Below, one piece after another: positions 56,248 to 64,000 of a stretch of DNA of 64,000 nt. Source of the DNA: Chloroflexota bacterium. Lineage in GTDB: Bacteria; Chloroflexota; Anaerolineae; UBA1429. The notes under the pieces were generated by a model. That model did no database searches. It worked only from the letters and a program-made list of their open reading frames with translations, and was not told where the DNA came from. Each line of letters begins with the position of its first letter. Position 1 is the stretch's first letter. The stretch is taken from NCBI GenBank assembly GCA_019873625.1, contig JAIOAW010000014.1, positions 9,925 to 73,924 of the forward strand, in the 5' to 3' direction. Made by a program: the position numbers and the translations under genes.

Positions 56248-57279
56248 CTACTGTGCCTCCGTATGGGATGTTTTCTCAGCCTCTTCGTAAGCCTTTTCGG
56301 CCAAAAAGCGTTCCGCCTCAATCGCGGCCACAGCCCCCGTGCCCGCGGCGATGACCGTCTGCCGATACCAGGGGTCTTGCACATCCCCCGCGGCAAAGAC
56401 GCCCGGCACATTCGTGCGCTGATGTTTATCGGTGATGATGTAGCCGTTCTCATCGAGCGCCAACTGCCCCTCAAAAAGGCGCGTGTTAGGCACCAAGCCG
56501 ATATAGACGAACACGCCATCCGCCGGGATGATGCTTTCCTCGCCCGTCTTGACGTTATGCACGCGCACGCCCGTAACGGCCGTATCGCCCAGCACCTCAT
56601 CCACCACGGTGTTCCACACGAAGCGGATTTTGGGGTTGGCCTTGGCGCGTTTTTGCAGGATGGCGCTGGCGCGCAGTTGGTCTCGCCGGTGGACGATGAT
56701 CACCTCTTTGGCAAAGCGCGTCAGGTACAGCCCCTCGTCCACGGCGCTATCTCCACCGCCCACCACCACCACGGTTTTATCGCGGTAGAAATACCCATCG
56801 CAGGTGGCGCAGAAAGAAACGCCTCGCCCGATGAACTGGCGCTCGCCGGGGACCCCGAGCGGCCTCGGCGAGGTGCCCGTCGAGATGATGAGCGCCTTGG
56901 CGCGGTAGGTCTGGTCGTGCGTCTCCACCAGGAAGGGATAGACCTTGAGGTCCACCCGCGTAACCTCTTCGTAGCGAATCTCGGCGCCGAAGCGGGTGGC
57001 CTGGGCGGCCATCTGCTCGGTGAGGGCCATACCGCCGACGCCCTCGGGGAAGCCGGGATAGTTCTCCATTTCGCTCGTCGAGGCCGCCTGCCCCCCGAGC
57101 GACTTGCCCACCAGGATGAGCGGTTCCAACTGCGCCCGCCCGGCATAGATGCCGGCCGTCAGCCCTGCCGGCCCCGCCCCAATGATGATGAGGTCGCGCA
57201 CCGTTTCTTCCTTTTCTTCGGCGCGGGGTTCCTCTTGCCCAAGCCGGCTGAGATCGAGCGAGAACGATAAATCCATCAT
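56248..57279 (-). CDS. trxB: Thioredoxin-disulfide reductase
   Basis: IIGAGPAG, ENYPGF, GVSFCATCDG, GGGDSA and FAAGDV. Confidence 0.96.
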   Translation of the reverse strand: MMDLSFSLDLSRLGQEEPRAEEKEETVRDLIIIGAGPAGLTAGIYAGRAQLEPLILVGKSLGGQAASTSEMENYPGFPEGVGGMALTEQMAAQATRFGAEIRYEEVTRVDLKVYPFLVETHDQTYRAKALIISTGTSPRPLGVPGERQFIGRGVSFCATCDGYFYRDKTVVVVGGGDSAVDEGLYLTRFAKEVIIVHRRDQLRASAILQKRAKANPKIRFVWNTVVDEVLGDTAVTGVRVHNVKTGEESIIPADGVFVYIGLVPNTRLFEGQLALDENGYIITDKHQRTNVPGVFAAGDVQDPWYRQTVIAAGTGAVAAIEAERFLAEKAYEEAEKTSHTEAQ

Positions 57280-57297
57280 CTTCAATCCTCCCCTGAT

Positions 57298-57356
57298 ATA
57301 CCCATAGGGGGTATGGCTATCGGACCTAGTTTATCACAAAATAGGGGCAATGTCAA
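57298..57356 (-). promoter_or_regulatory. trxB promoter with a CsoR/RcnR-type operator downstream of the predicted start site
   Basis: TTGACA-17 bp-TAAACT with extended TG (57356-57328). The pseudo-palindrome ATACCC-ATA-GGGGGTAT at 57298-57314 lies between the -10 and the RBS. Confidence 0.65.
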
Positions 57357-57428
57357 AGAAGGGTTGCGGGAGGGTGTTGGCGCCTACGCACCCACAACCT
57401 TCCGGTTCAGAAGGTGCGGGAGGGCGTA

Positions 57429-57457
57429 TAGACGCCCAGCCGCCTTTGGCCTATAAT
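57429..57457 (+). promoter_or_regulatory. Putative sigma70 promoter of hisS-nadK
   Basis: TAGACG-17 bp-TATAAT. Confidence 0.6.
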
Positions 57458-57498
57458 AGCCTCTACAGGCATCGGCGATTTCTATTGAGGAGGCTTAG

Positions 57499-58773
57499 GT
57501 GTTCACAGCGCCCAGAGGCACCCTAGATATCTTGCCGGAGGATCAACCCTATTGGCAATACCTCCACCAAGAGATCCTCAAAGTGACGGCCCTATATGGC
57601 TACCAGCGCATTGACGTGCCCATCTTTGAAGATACGGCCCTTTACGTGCGCGGCGTGGGCGAGGGCACGGATATCGTGGATAAGGAGATGTATTCTTTTG
57701 TGGATAAGGGCAACCGCGAGATTACCCTGCGCCCCGAGTTCACGGCAGGCGTGATGCGGGCCTACATCCAGCATGGGATGAAATCGCGGCCCCAGCCCGT
57801 CAAACTCTATACCACGGGGCCGATCTTTCGCTATGAGCGGGTGCAGGCCGGCCGCTATCGCCAGCATACCCAGTTCGATATCGAGTGCATCGGCGAGATG
57901 GACCCGGCCGTAGACCTCGAAGTGATGTCCATGGCCTGGCACCTTTTCTCAAACCTCGGCTTTCAGGGGCTGGCCTTTCAATTGAACAGCACGGGTTGCC
58001 CCGCCTGCCGGCCGGCGTACATCCAGGTGCTGGTGAGTTACTATCGCCAGCATGAAGGGGAAATCTGCGAGGATTGCAAGCGCCGCCTGGTGCGCAACCC
58101 ACTTCGCCTATTGGATTGCAAGGTCGAGACCTGCCAGCCCATCATCGCCGGCGCGCCCCACATCGGAGATTACCTCTGCCCCGAGTGCCGCGAACACTTG
58201 GATACGCTCCGTGCCTATCTCGATGCCTTAGGGCGCCCCTACACCATCAACCACCGCCTGGTGCGCGGGCTGGATTACTATACCAAGACCGTCTTTGAAG
58301 TGTGGGCGCAGGGCATCGGGGCGCAGAATGCCATCTGCGGCGGGGGCCGCTATGACGGCCTGGCCCAGGCCCTGGGCGGCGACCCCACACCGGGCATCGG
58401 GTTCGGATCCGGGATGGAGCGCCTCGTCTTGGCAATGAAGGAGCAGGGCATCGCCGTGCCGGGGGCGCCTATGCCGCAGGTGGCCTTTGTGTACCTGGGC
58501 TATGAGGCCAAAGTGCGCGCTCTGCAACTCTTGAACGATTGCCGCCAGCGAGGGATTCGCGCCACCATCGGCTTTGGCGACCGCAGCCTGCGCGCCCAAC
58601 TCCGCGCGGCCGATCGCTCTGGGGCGCGTTATGCCGTCATCTTGGGGGAGGAGGAGATGGCCCACGGCGAGGCCACCGTACAGGATCTGCGCAGCGAAAC
58701 GGAGGCGCGCGTTCGCCTTAGCCAAAGCGCCCTGGTCAACGCCCTCCTTGCCCGATTGGCCGCCGAAGTATGA
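57499..58773 (+). CDS. hisS: Histidine--tRNA ligase
   Basis: PRGT.D, KEMY, LRPEFTA, FRYER.QAGRYRQH.Q, LVRGLDYY and GGGRYD. Confidence 0.97.
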   Translation: MFTAPRGTLDILPEDQPYWQYLHQEILKVTALYGYQRIDVPIFEDTALYVRGVGEGTDIVDKEMYSFVDKGNREITLRPEFTAGVMRAYIQHGMKSRPQPVKLYTTGPIFRYERVQAGRYRQHTQFDIECIGEMDPAVDLEVMSMAWHLFSNLGFQGLAFQLNSTGCPACRPAYIQVLVSYYRQHEGEICEDCKRRLVRNPLRLLDCKVETCQPIIAGAPHIGDYLCPECREHLDTLRAYLDALGRPYTINHRLVRGLDYYTKTVFEVWAQGIGAQNAICGGGRYDGLAQALGGDPTPGIGFGSGMERLVLAMKEQGIAVPGAPMPQVAFVYLGYEAKVRALQLLNDCRQRGIRATIGFGDRSLRAQLRAADRSGARYAVILGEEEMAHGEATVQDLRSETEARVRLSQSALVNALLARLAAEV

Positions 58774-59609
58774 GGACGATAGGCCTTCTCTACCATCCGT
58801 CGCGCCCCGAATCTCAGGCCCTGGCCGAGGTGCTGAGCCGAGCGCTCTCCGGCGCGTGCGTACAACGCTTTGCGGCAGATGATGACGCGCCTTTACGCCG
58901 GGCGGCGCCCGCGCTCGACCTCCTTATCACCCTGGGAGGAGATGGCACCATCGTCCGCGCGGTGCGCAGCGTGGCCGAGGCCGGCACGCCCGTATTGGGC
59001 GTGAACTTGGGGCGGCTGGGGTTCCTCGCCGAGGTGGACCCCGACGATATCGCAAAGATCGTTCCCGTGCTTTTGCAAGGCGAGTATGCCATCGAAGAGC
59101 GGATGATGCTCGCCGTGACGATGGAACGCGAGGGGAGGCGCCTTTTCGAAACGCAGGCCATCAATGACGCCGTGCTGGCGCGGGGGGCCATCTCGCGGAC
59201 GGTGCGTGTCTCGGTGGAGGTGGATGGCCGCCATGTGATGACCCCCGTGGCCGATGGCGTCATCGTCTCCACGCCCACGGGGAGCACGGCCTACTGCCTG
59301 GCCGCCGGCGGCCCCATCATCGCGCCGGACCTAGATTGCCTCGCCATCACGCCCATCGCGCCGCACTTGGGCATCGTGCGCTCCTTCGTCATCCCGGCGC
59401 ATCGGCGCGTCTGCCTCACGCTCGTCAAAGGGGAGGGCGCCATGCTCACCGTGGATGGCCAGGTGGATCAACCCGTCTCGCCGGGAGACGTGGTATGCGC
59501 GACGATGAGCGAGCGGCCGGCGCGCTTTGTGCGGCTAGGGGGCGCCGGCTACTATTACGAGTCCGTCTTGCGGCGCTTGGGCTGGGCCGATCGGCCCGAA
59601 GTGCCATAA
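58770..59609 (+). CDS. nadK: NAD(+) kinase
   Basis: LGGDGT, GVNLGRLGFL, ND and DGVIVSTPTGSTAY...GGP. Confidence 0.95.
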   Translation: MRTIGLLYHPSRPESQALAEVLSRALSGACVQRFAADDDAPLRRAAPALDLLITLGGDGTIVRAVRSVAEAGTPVLGVNLGRLGFLAEVDPDDIAKIVPVLLQGEYAIEERMMLAVTMEREGRRLFETQAINDAVLARGAISRTVRVSVEVDGRHVMTPVADGVIVSTPTGSTAYCLAAGGPIIAPDLDCLAITPIAPHLGIVRSFVIPAHRRVCLTLVKGEGAMLTVDGQVDQPVSPGDVVCATMSERPARFVRLGGAGYYYESVLRRLGWADRPEVP

Positions 59610-59648
59610 AACCATAGGGATGGGCCTTTTGCCCACCCCTATGGTTTT
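59608..59648. terminator. Bidirectional terminator hairpin
   Basis: AAAACCATAGGGATGGGC...GCCCACCCCTATGGTTTT between convergent genes. Confidence 0.75.
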
Positions 59649-59662
59649 GCTGCCGAGCGGAG

Positions 59663-60451
59663 TTAGGCCACGCCGCGGCGGAGTTTATCGAGCATATCGC
59701 GCACCAGGGCGATCTGAATGGCCACCTCGGTGAGTTCATCCTTGCCGGAATGGTGCTCCACGCTGTAATACCCCTTGTAGCCCACGTTCCAGAGGTTGCT
59801 CAGTTTCTCTTTGAGCATCGCGGGGTCAAGGCAGATGTTCCAAGGGATGTGCGTGTGGCACACCCAAGGCGCCACGGCGCGGTCGGCGGCGATTTTCTCC
59901 TCCTCCGTACCGCCCCACCCGTGAAAGTGGCAAGAGACGCCAAAGGCCGGCGAATCCACCGCCTCATACACGGCCTTGAGGTTGGGCCACATCTTTTCCG
60001 GCCCCCAGTGGTTCTCGATGCCCACCTTGAAGCCGTGGTCATAGGCGAACTGGGCATATTCCTTGTAGCGCTTGACGATGAAATCGAACTCCTCGTTCGT
60101 CCAACTCTCGTTGCGGCTGCCCGCGTCAATGCGCACGAACTTGCAGCCCAAGGTTACAGCGATCTCCAAGAACCGCTTGGCGCGCTCGTAATTCTTTTGC
60201 CGCACATCGGGATCCTCATCCCATACGTGGGCGCCGTCTACGGCCATATCCGCCAAGACGAGGTCGCGCTCCTCCAGGGCGTTTTTCACCTTCTGGATGA
60301 ACTCCTCATCCGTGGTGGGAAAGTGGCCGCTCCACAAATCGGCGGCCTGCAGGCCGTAGCGGTAGCGGCAGGCCTCTAGGTAGCCAAAGATATCCATCTC
60401 GCCCGCTTGAAGAAGGCCACGAAACGAGTACGAAAGAACCGAGATATTCAT
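59663..60451 (-). CDS. Sugar phosphate isomerase/epimerase (xylose-isomerase-like TIM barrel)
   Basis: SYSFR, VRIDAG, GIENHWG, HTH and GYKGYYSVEH. Confidence 0.85.
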   Translation of the reverse strand: MNISVLSYSFRGLLQAGEMDIFGYLEACRYRYGLQAADLWSGHFPTTDEEFIQKVKNALEERDLVLADMAVDGAHVWDEDPDVRQKNYERAKRFLEIAVTLGCKFVRIDAGSRNESWTNEEFDFIVKRYKEYAQFAYDHGFKVGIENHWGPEKMWPNLKAVYEAVDSPAFGVSCHFHGWGGTEEEKIAADRAVAPWVCHTHIPWNICLDPAMLKEKLSNLWNVGYKGYYSVEHHSGKDELTEVAIQIALVRDMLDKLRRGVA

Positions 60452-60506
60452 TTTGCCTCCCACATCCAAAGTAGCGACCTTGGGTAAGCCGCGGCGAACC
60501 CAACGA

Positions 60507-60535
60507 AAAGGGGCCTGCGCGCCGCAGGCCCCTTT
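60507..60535 (-). terminator. Hairpin/terminator after the ABC permeases
   Basis: AAAGGGGCCTGCG-CGC-CGCAGGCCCCTTT. Confidence 0.65.
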
Positions 60536-60538
60536 ATC

Positions 60539-61447
60539 TTACCCCTTGATGCCCGTGATGACAACCCCTTGGATGAACATCCGCTGCGCGAAGAAGAAGG
60601 TGATAAGGAGGGGCATTGTAATCAACACCGACATGGCCATCAACTGGTTCCACATTGGGTTATAGACGCCCATGAACAGGTAAATGCCCAAGGCCAGCGT
60701 GGAGTGCTGCATACTCTTGAGATAGATGAGCGGCCCCATAAAGTCGTTCCAACTCCACATGATGTTAAAGATGGCCACCGTGGCCAGAGCCGGCGCGCTC
60801 AAGGGGAGCATAATCCGCCACCAGAGTTGGAAATAGCCACAACCATCAATGCGCGCTGCATCGTCATAATCCAATGGGATGGTCATAAAGAACTGCCGCA
60901 AGAGAAAGATGTTATAGGCCCCTCCGCCAAAATATGCTGGAATGATGAGCGGCCTCATGCCGGGGTACCAGCCGAGTTTGTAAAAGAGCAGGAACTGCGG
61001 GATCAGGGTGACGCTCCCGGGCAACATGAGCGTAGCAAGGACCAAGAGGAACAAGATGTCGCGATCCTTGGCTCGCAGCCGCGCAAACCCAAAGGCTACG
61101 AGGGAGGCACTGAGCACTGTGCCGACAACGCGCCCTAAAGCCAGGAAAATCGTGTTGCGAAACAGGCGGAAGAAGGGGATCGTCGTTACCGCCTTCACAT
61201 AGTTATCGAACATAAGTTTTTCCGGGATCCACACCGGGGGCGAGGCATAGATCTCTACATCGTTCATCAGGGAAACGGCGATCATCCAGTAAAAGGGGAT
61301 CATGATGATCACGACGCCCGTCAGCAGGATGAGCATCACCACAATTTTGGTGATGATTTCCTGTGCGTGCTTTCTCTGCCACCAATAGAGACGCCGGGGA
61401 ATGCCCTCATCTCTTCTTCTCGCAAGCACTACAGTTTCTTGAGCCAT
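60539..61447 (-). CDS. Carbohydrate ABC transporter permease (MalG-like)
   Basis: LLRQFFMTIP..YDDAARIDG EAA loop; WNDFMGP; QRMFIQGV. Confidence 0.94.
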   Translation of the reverse strand: MAQETVVLARRRDEGIPRRLYWWQRKHAQEIITKIVVMLILLTGVVIIMIPFYWMIAVSLMNDVEIYASPPVWIPEKLMFDNYVKAVTTIPFFRLFRNTIFLALGRVVGTVLSASLVAFGFARLRAKDRDILFLLVLATLMLPGSVTLIPQFLLFYKLGWYPGMRPLIIPAYFGGGAYNIFLLRQFFMTIPLDYDDAARIDGCGYFQLWWRIMLPLSAPALATVAIFNIMWSWNDFMGPLIYLKSMQHSTLALGIYLFMGVYNPMWNQLMAMSVLITMPLLITFFFAQRMFIQGVVITGIKG

Positions 61448-61481
61448 CGGGTCTCCTTTTCTCTCCGCTTTGCCTTTGAGG

Positions 61482-62399
61482 TTATTTTCTCATACCCTCG
61501 TAATAGACCCAGAACGACGAGCTGCGAATGATGAGCAGAGTCAAGAGCATAATGACAATGAAGAGCGACCAGGCCAGGGTTGAGGCATACCCCATAAGGA
61601 GATCACGGAACGCTGAGAAGTAGATTCTCAGGCCAATGAATAGAGTTGCATTCTGGGGACCACCTTCCGTCATCACAAAGGCCGTCGTAAAGGTCTCCAT
61701 CGCATGGATGACACCCATGACCAGATTGAAAAAAAGGATGGGCGTGATCATCGGCAAGGTGATGTTCCAGAAGCGGCGCCAACGACCGGCCCCGTCAATC
61801 GTCGCCGCCTCATAAAGGGCTGTAGGGATACCCTGCAGGCCCGAAAGGTAGATGATCATACCCCCACCGATACCCCATAGGCTCATAACGATCAGGGCCT
61901 GAAGCGCCCATTTGGGGTCATAGATCCAGGCCGGACCCTGTATTCCAACGATGCGAAGCATCGTGTTAATGATTCCGTTCGTGGGGTGAAAGGCCAGCCG
62001 CCACAAGACGGCCACTGCCACGCCTGAAAGAACCGAGGGGATATAATACAGCGTGCGCCAAAAGGAAATTGCAGGGATCTTGGAGTTTAAAAGAAGCGCC
62101 ACAATAAGCCCTGCGACCAATTGCAACGGCACCGCTGTAAAAGCGTAAATAAAGGTGACCTTGAAGGAATGGTAAAAAAGGTAATCCTTTGTAAACGCAC
62201 GTACCCAGTTCCCCAGACCAACCCATTGGGGCGGTTGCGAGACGTTGTATTTGGTAAAACTCAAGAGAAGGGAAGCAACCATTGGCCCCAAAGTAAAGAC
62301 GACGAACCCGATGAGCCATGGTGAAATGAAAAGGTGAAAGGCGATGGCTTCTTTCCGAGCCATCGAGTTTTTGCGTTTTGCACGCGCTACTGTGGCCAT
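61482..62399 (-). CDS. Carbohydrate ABC transporter permease (MalF-like)
   Basis: FISPWLIGF and GLQGIPTALYEAATIDGA EAA loop. Confidence 0.94.
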   Translation of the reverse strand: MATVARAKRKNSMARKEAIAFHLFISPWLIGFVVFTLGPMVASLLLSFTKYNVSQPPQWVGLGNWVRAFTKDYLFYHSFKVTFIYAFTAVPLQLVAGLIVALLLNSKIPAISFWRTLYYIPSVLSGVAVAVLWRLAFHPTNGIINTMLRIVGIQGPAWIYDPKWALQALIVMSLWGIGGGMIIYLSGLQGIPTALYEAATIDGAGRWRRFWNITLPMITPILFFNLVMGVIHAMETFTTAFVMTEGGPQNATLFIGLRIYFSAFRDLLMGYASTLAWSLFIVIMLLTLLIIRSSSFWVYYEGMRK

Positions 62400-62513
62400 A
62401 TCTATGCCCTCCCACACTTTATCCAAACGCGAACGGACATCATCGAAAAAATCCCTTTCAATGATGAGGGCGGGCAGAGTAGGGGTTCCTACCCTGCCCG
62501 CAACGCTTACGCG

Positions 62514-64000
62514 TTAAAAGGTGAGGCGCGGTGGAATCTTGAGGTCCTTAAACTGGCTGTAGTACTCGTCGAACATCTTCTGAATCGTCTCTTGGCACTC
62601 GGGCCAGACCTCGATGCCCTTCTTGTTATTCAATCGGACGGCATCGCGCGCCGGATTGTAGATATCCTCCCAGCCGATCTGCGGCGCCCAATATTCCTCA
62701 TAATGGGCATAGGCCAGCGCCTCGGCGACCACATCACCATCCACATCGGGGATCTGCATAGCCAGCCGTTCGCCATACTTGGGGATGGCCGACTTGCGAC
62801 AGGGCAGACATTGACGCAAGTCCACCGAGAAGCGGAAGGCCATCTCCGGCGAGGCGCAGAACTTGATCCATTCCCAGGATTCGTCGTGATATTTGCCCGC
62901 CTTGAACATCGCCCCCTGATCCATGCATAGGCGGGAGACGTAACGATCCCGGACTAGGCCGTGGGGCGACGCGGCAAAGTCCCACTTGAAGTTCTTGATA
63001 CCCGAGAGACCTTGGACGTCCCACGTGTGCCGATAGGCCATGGCTACTTTACCCGTATGGAAGGGCGAGGAAAGGGTGCCTTGGAATTCTTGCTCCTGCA
63101 CGGGCTTGAGCATATAGCGTTTATTGTAGACCCAATCCACCCATTGGTCGCATCCTTCGATGTAGGGCTTTTCGCCAATGTAAACGTGATAACGATCGGT
63201 GGGGTGTGTGCGGATGCCCTCGCCTCCTCTTATCCAACTATAGAATGGATCCATGTTCGGGTCGTAATAGCCGTACTGCACGACTTTTTCTGGGTCGAAC
63301 CCCGGCTCTCCCGGATGTTTGCCTTTCTCATCGAGCGTCAACTGGTTAGCGAGGGTGATAAGCGCATCGATATCCCACTCATCCGTGCCCCACTCGTGCG
63401 GCGGCTCGGGGACGCCGGCCTGCGCGAATAGATCCTTGTTGTAGACGAGAAAGCCAGTAAACAACTGCACGGGGAGACCGTCCATTGCGCCTGTGAAGGG
63501 GTTCTTGGCAGAAAAGATGGCATGGTCATGAAAGTCGGTCATGTCGTAATGGTCACGTTCGATAAGCGGCGTAATATCGAGCCACTTGTCAAAATCCGGG
63601 GCGCGCCAATAGTTGATGGCCCCGCCAATGGGCATGCAGACCTCCGGCGGATCTCCCGCGGCTTCCATGGTCTTCAACCGAGCGACGTACTGCGCACCAG
63701 GTTGGAAGAGGTACTCAATCGTGATGTGCGGGTTCTGTGCCATGAAGGTCTGCGCGAACGATTCGTAAAGGGGGATCATCGGGGCAGAGGCGCCCCAAAC
63801 GATATTACGAACGAGGACCTTTTGTTTGGGGGCGGCGGTCGGCTCCTTCACCACGACGGTCTCTTTGACGACCTTCTCCACCACCTGCGGGGTGCCGGCC
63901 ACGACGACCGTCTCTTTGACCACCTTTTCAACGACCTGGGTGACGACCTTCTCCACCTCGACGACCTTGGGCTGGCAAGCGGCCAATGCGCTCCCTAACC
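62514..64000 (-). CDS. ABC transporter sugar-binding lipoprotein (5' end beyond window)
   Basis: Lipobox ALAAC; VEKVVKETVVV repeats; LVYNKDLF, FHTGKVAM and SWEWIKF. Confidence 0.9.
   Translation of the reverse strand, partial: LGSALAACQPKVVEVEKVVTQVVEKVVKETVVVAGTPQVVEKVVKETVVVKEPTAAPKQKVLVRNIVWGASAPMIPLYESFAQTFMAQNPHITIEYLFQPGAQYVARLKTMEAAGDPPEVCMPIGGAINYWRAPDFDKWLDITPLIERDHYDMTDFHDHAIFSAKNPFTGAMDGLPVQLFTGFLVYNKDLFAQAGVPEPPHEWGTDEWDIDALITLANQLTLDEKGKHPGEPGFDPEKVVQYGYYDPNMDPFYSWIRGGEGIRTHPTDRYHVYIGEKPYIEGCDQWVDWVYNKRYMLKPVQEQEFQGTLSSPFHTGKVAMAYRHTWDVQGLSGIKNFKWDFAASPHGLVRDRYVSRLCMDQGAMFKAGKYHDESWEWIKFCASPEMAFRFSVDLRQCLPCRKSAIPKYGERLAMQIPDVDGDVVAEALAYAHYEEYWAPQIGWEDIYNPARDAVRLNNKKGIEVWPECQETIQKMFDEYYSQFKDLKIPPRLTF

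Noticed and set aside
63850-63965. Direct repeats near the window end
   Set aside because: They encode the VEKVVKETVVV linker of the solute-binding lipoprotein.

Overview
GC-rich bacterial chromosomal window. Gene content and protein styles suggest Chloroflexota, probably Anaerolineae-like; this assignment is inference. Most of it is housekeeping and metabolism: surface-glycan glycosyltransferases, pdp, 6S RNA, prfB with its programmed +1 frameshift, ftsY, two sulfatase-superfamily genes, selD, tRNA-Lys/Leu/Gly, tig-clpP-clpX, alaS...ruvX-mltG, thiI, malQ, trxB, hisS, nadK and a sugar ABC transporter. I found no prophage, transposase or CRISPR array, but several REP-like palindrome families are present. 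Six things stand out. (1) An 8-gene operon (14832-20625) places a stand-alone NuoE/NuoF flavin-FeS module among a membrane histidine kinase, three single-domain receivers, a stand-alone tandem-ACT protein and an Lrp/AsnC-receiver fusion, next to an atypical OmpR regulator and a LysW-like zinc ribbon. It is a candidate redox plus amino-acid sensing circuit. (2) A histidine kinase with an inactivated KaiC/RecA-like input domain, a NarL regulator and a visible pair of operators precede a stand-alone glutamate-synthase FMN domain. (3) An ATPase-dead FtsA-like protein is paired with a membrane-anchored baseplate-J-like protein inside the alaS-ruvX-mltG operon. (4) selD has an in-frame UGA (selenocysteine) and SECIS-like hairpins. 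(5) An unassigned structured RNA candidate lies at about 2785-2965. (6) A CsoR-type operator sits in front of trxB. All functional calls come from motif recognition by eye; no searches were run.
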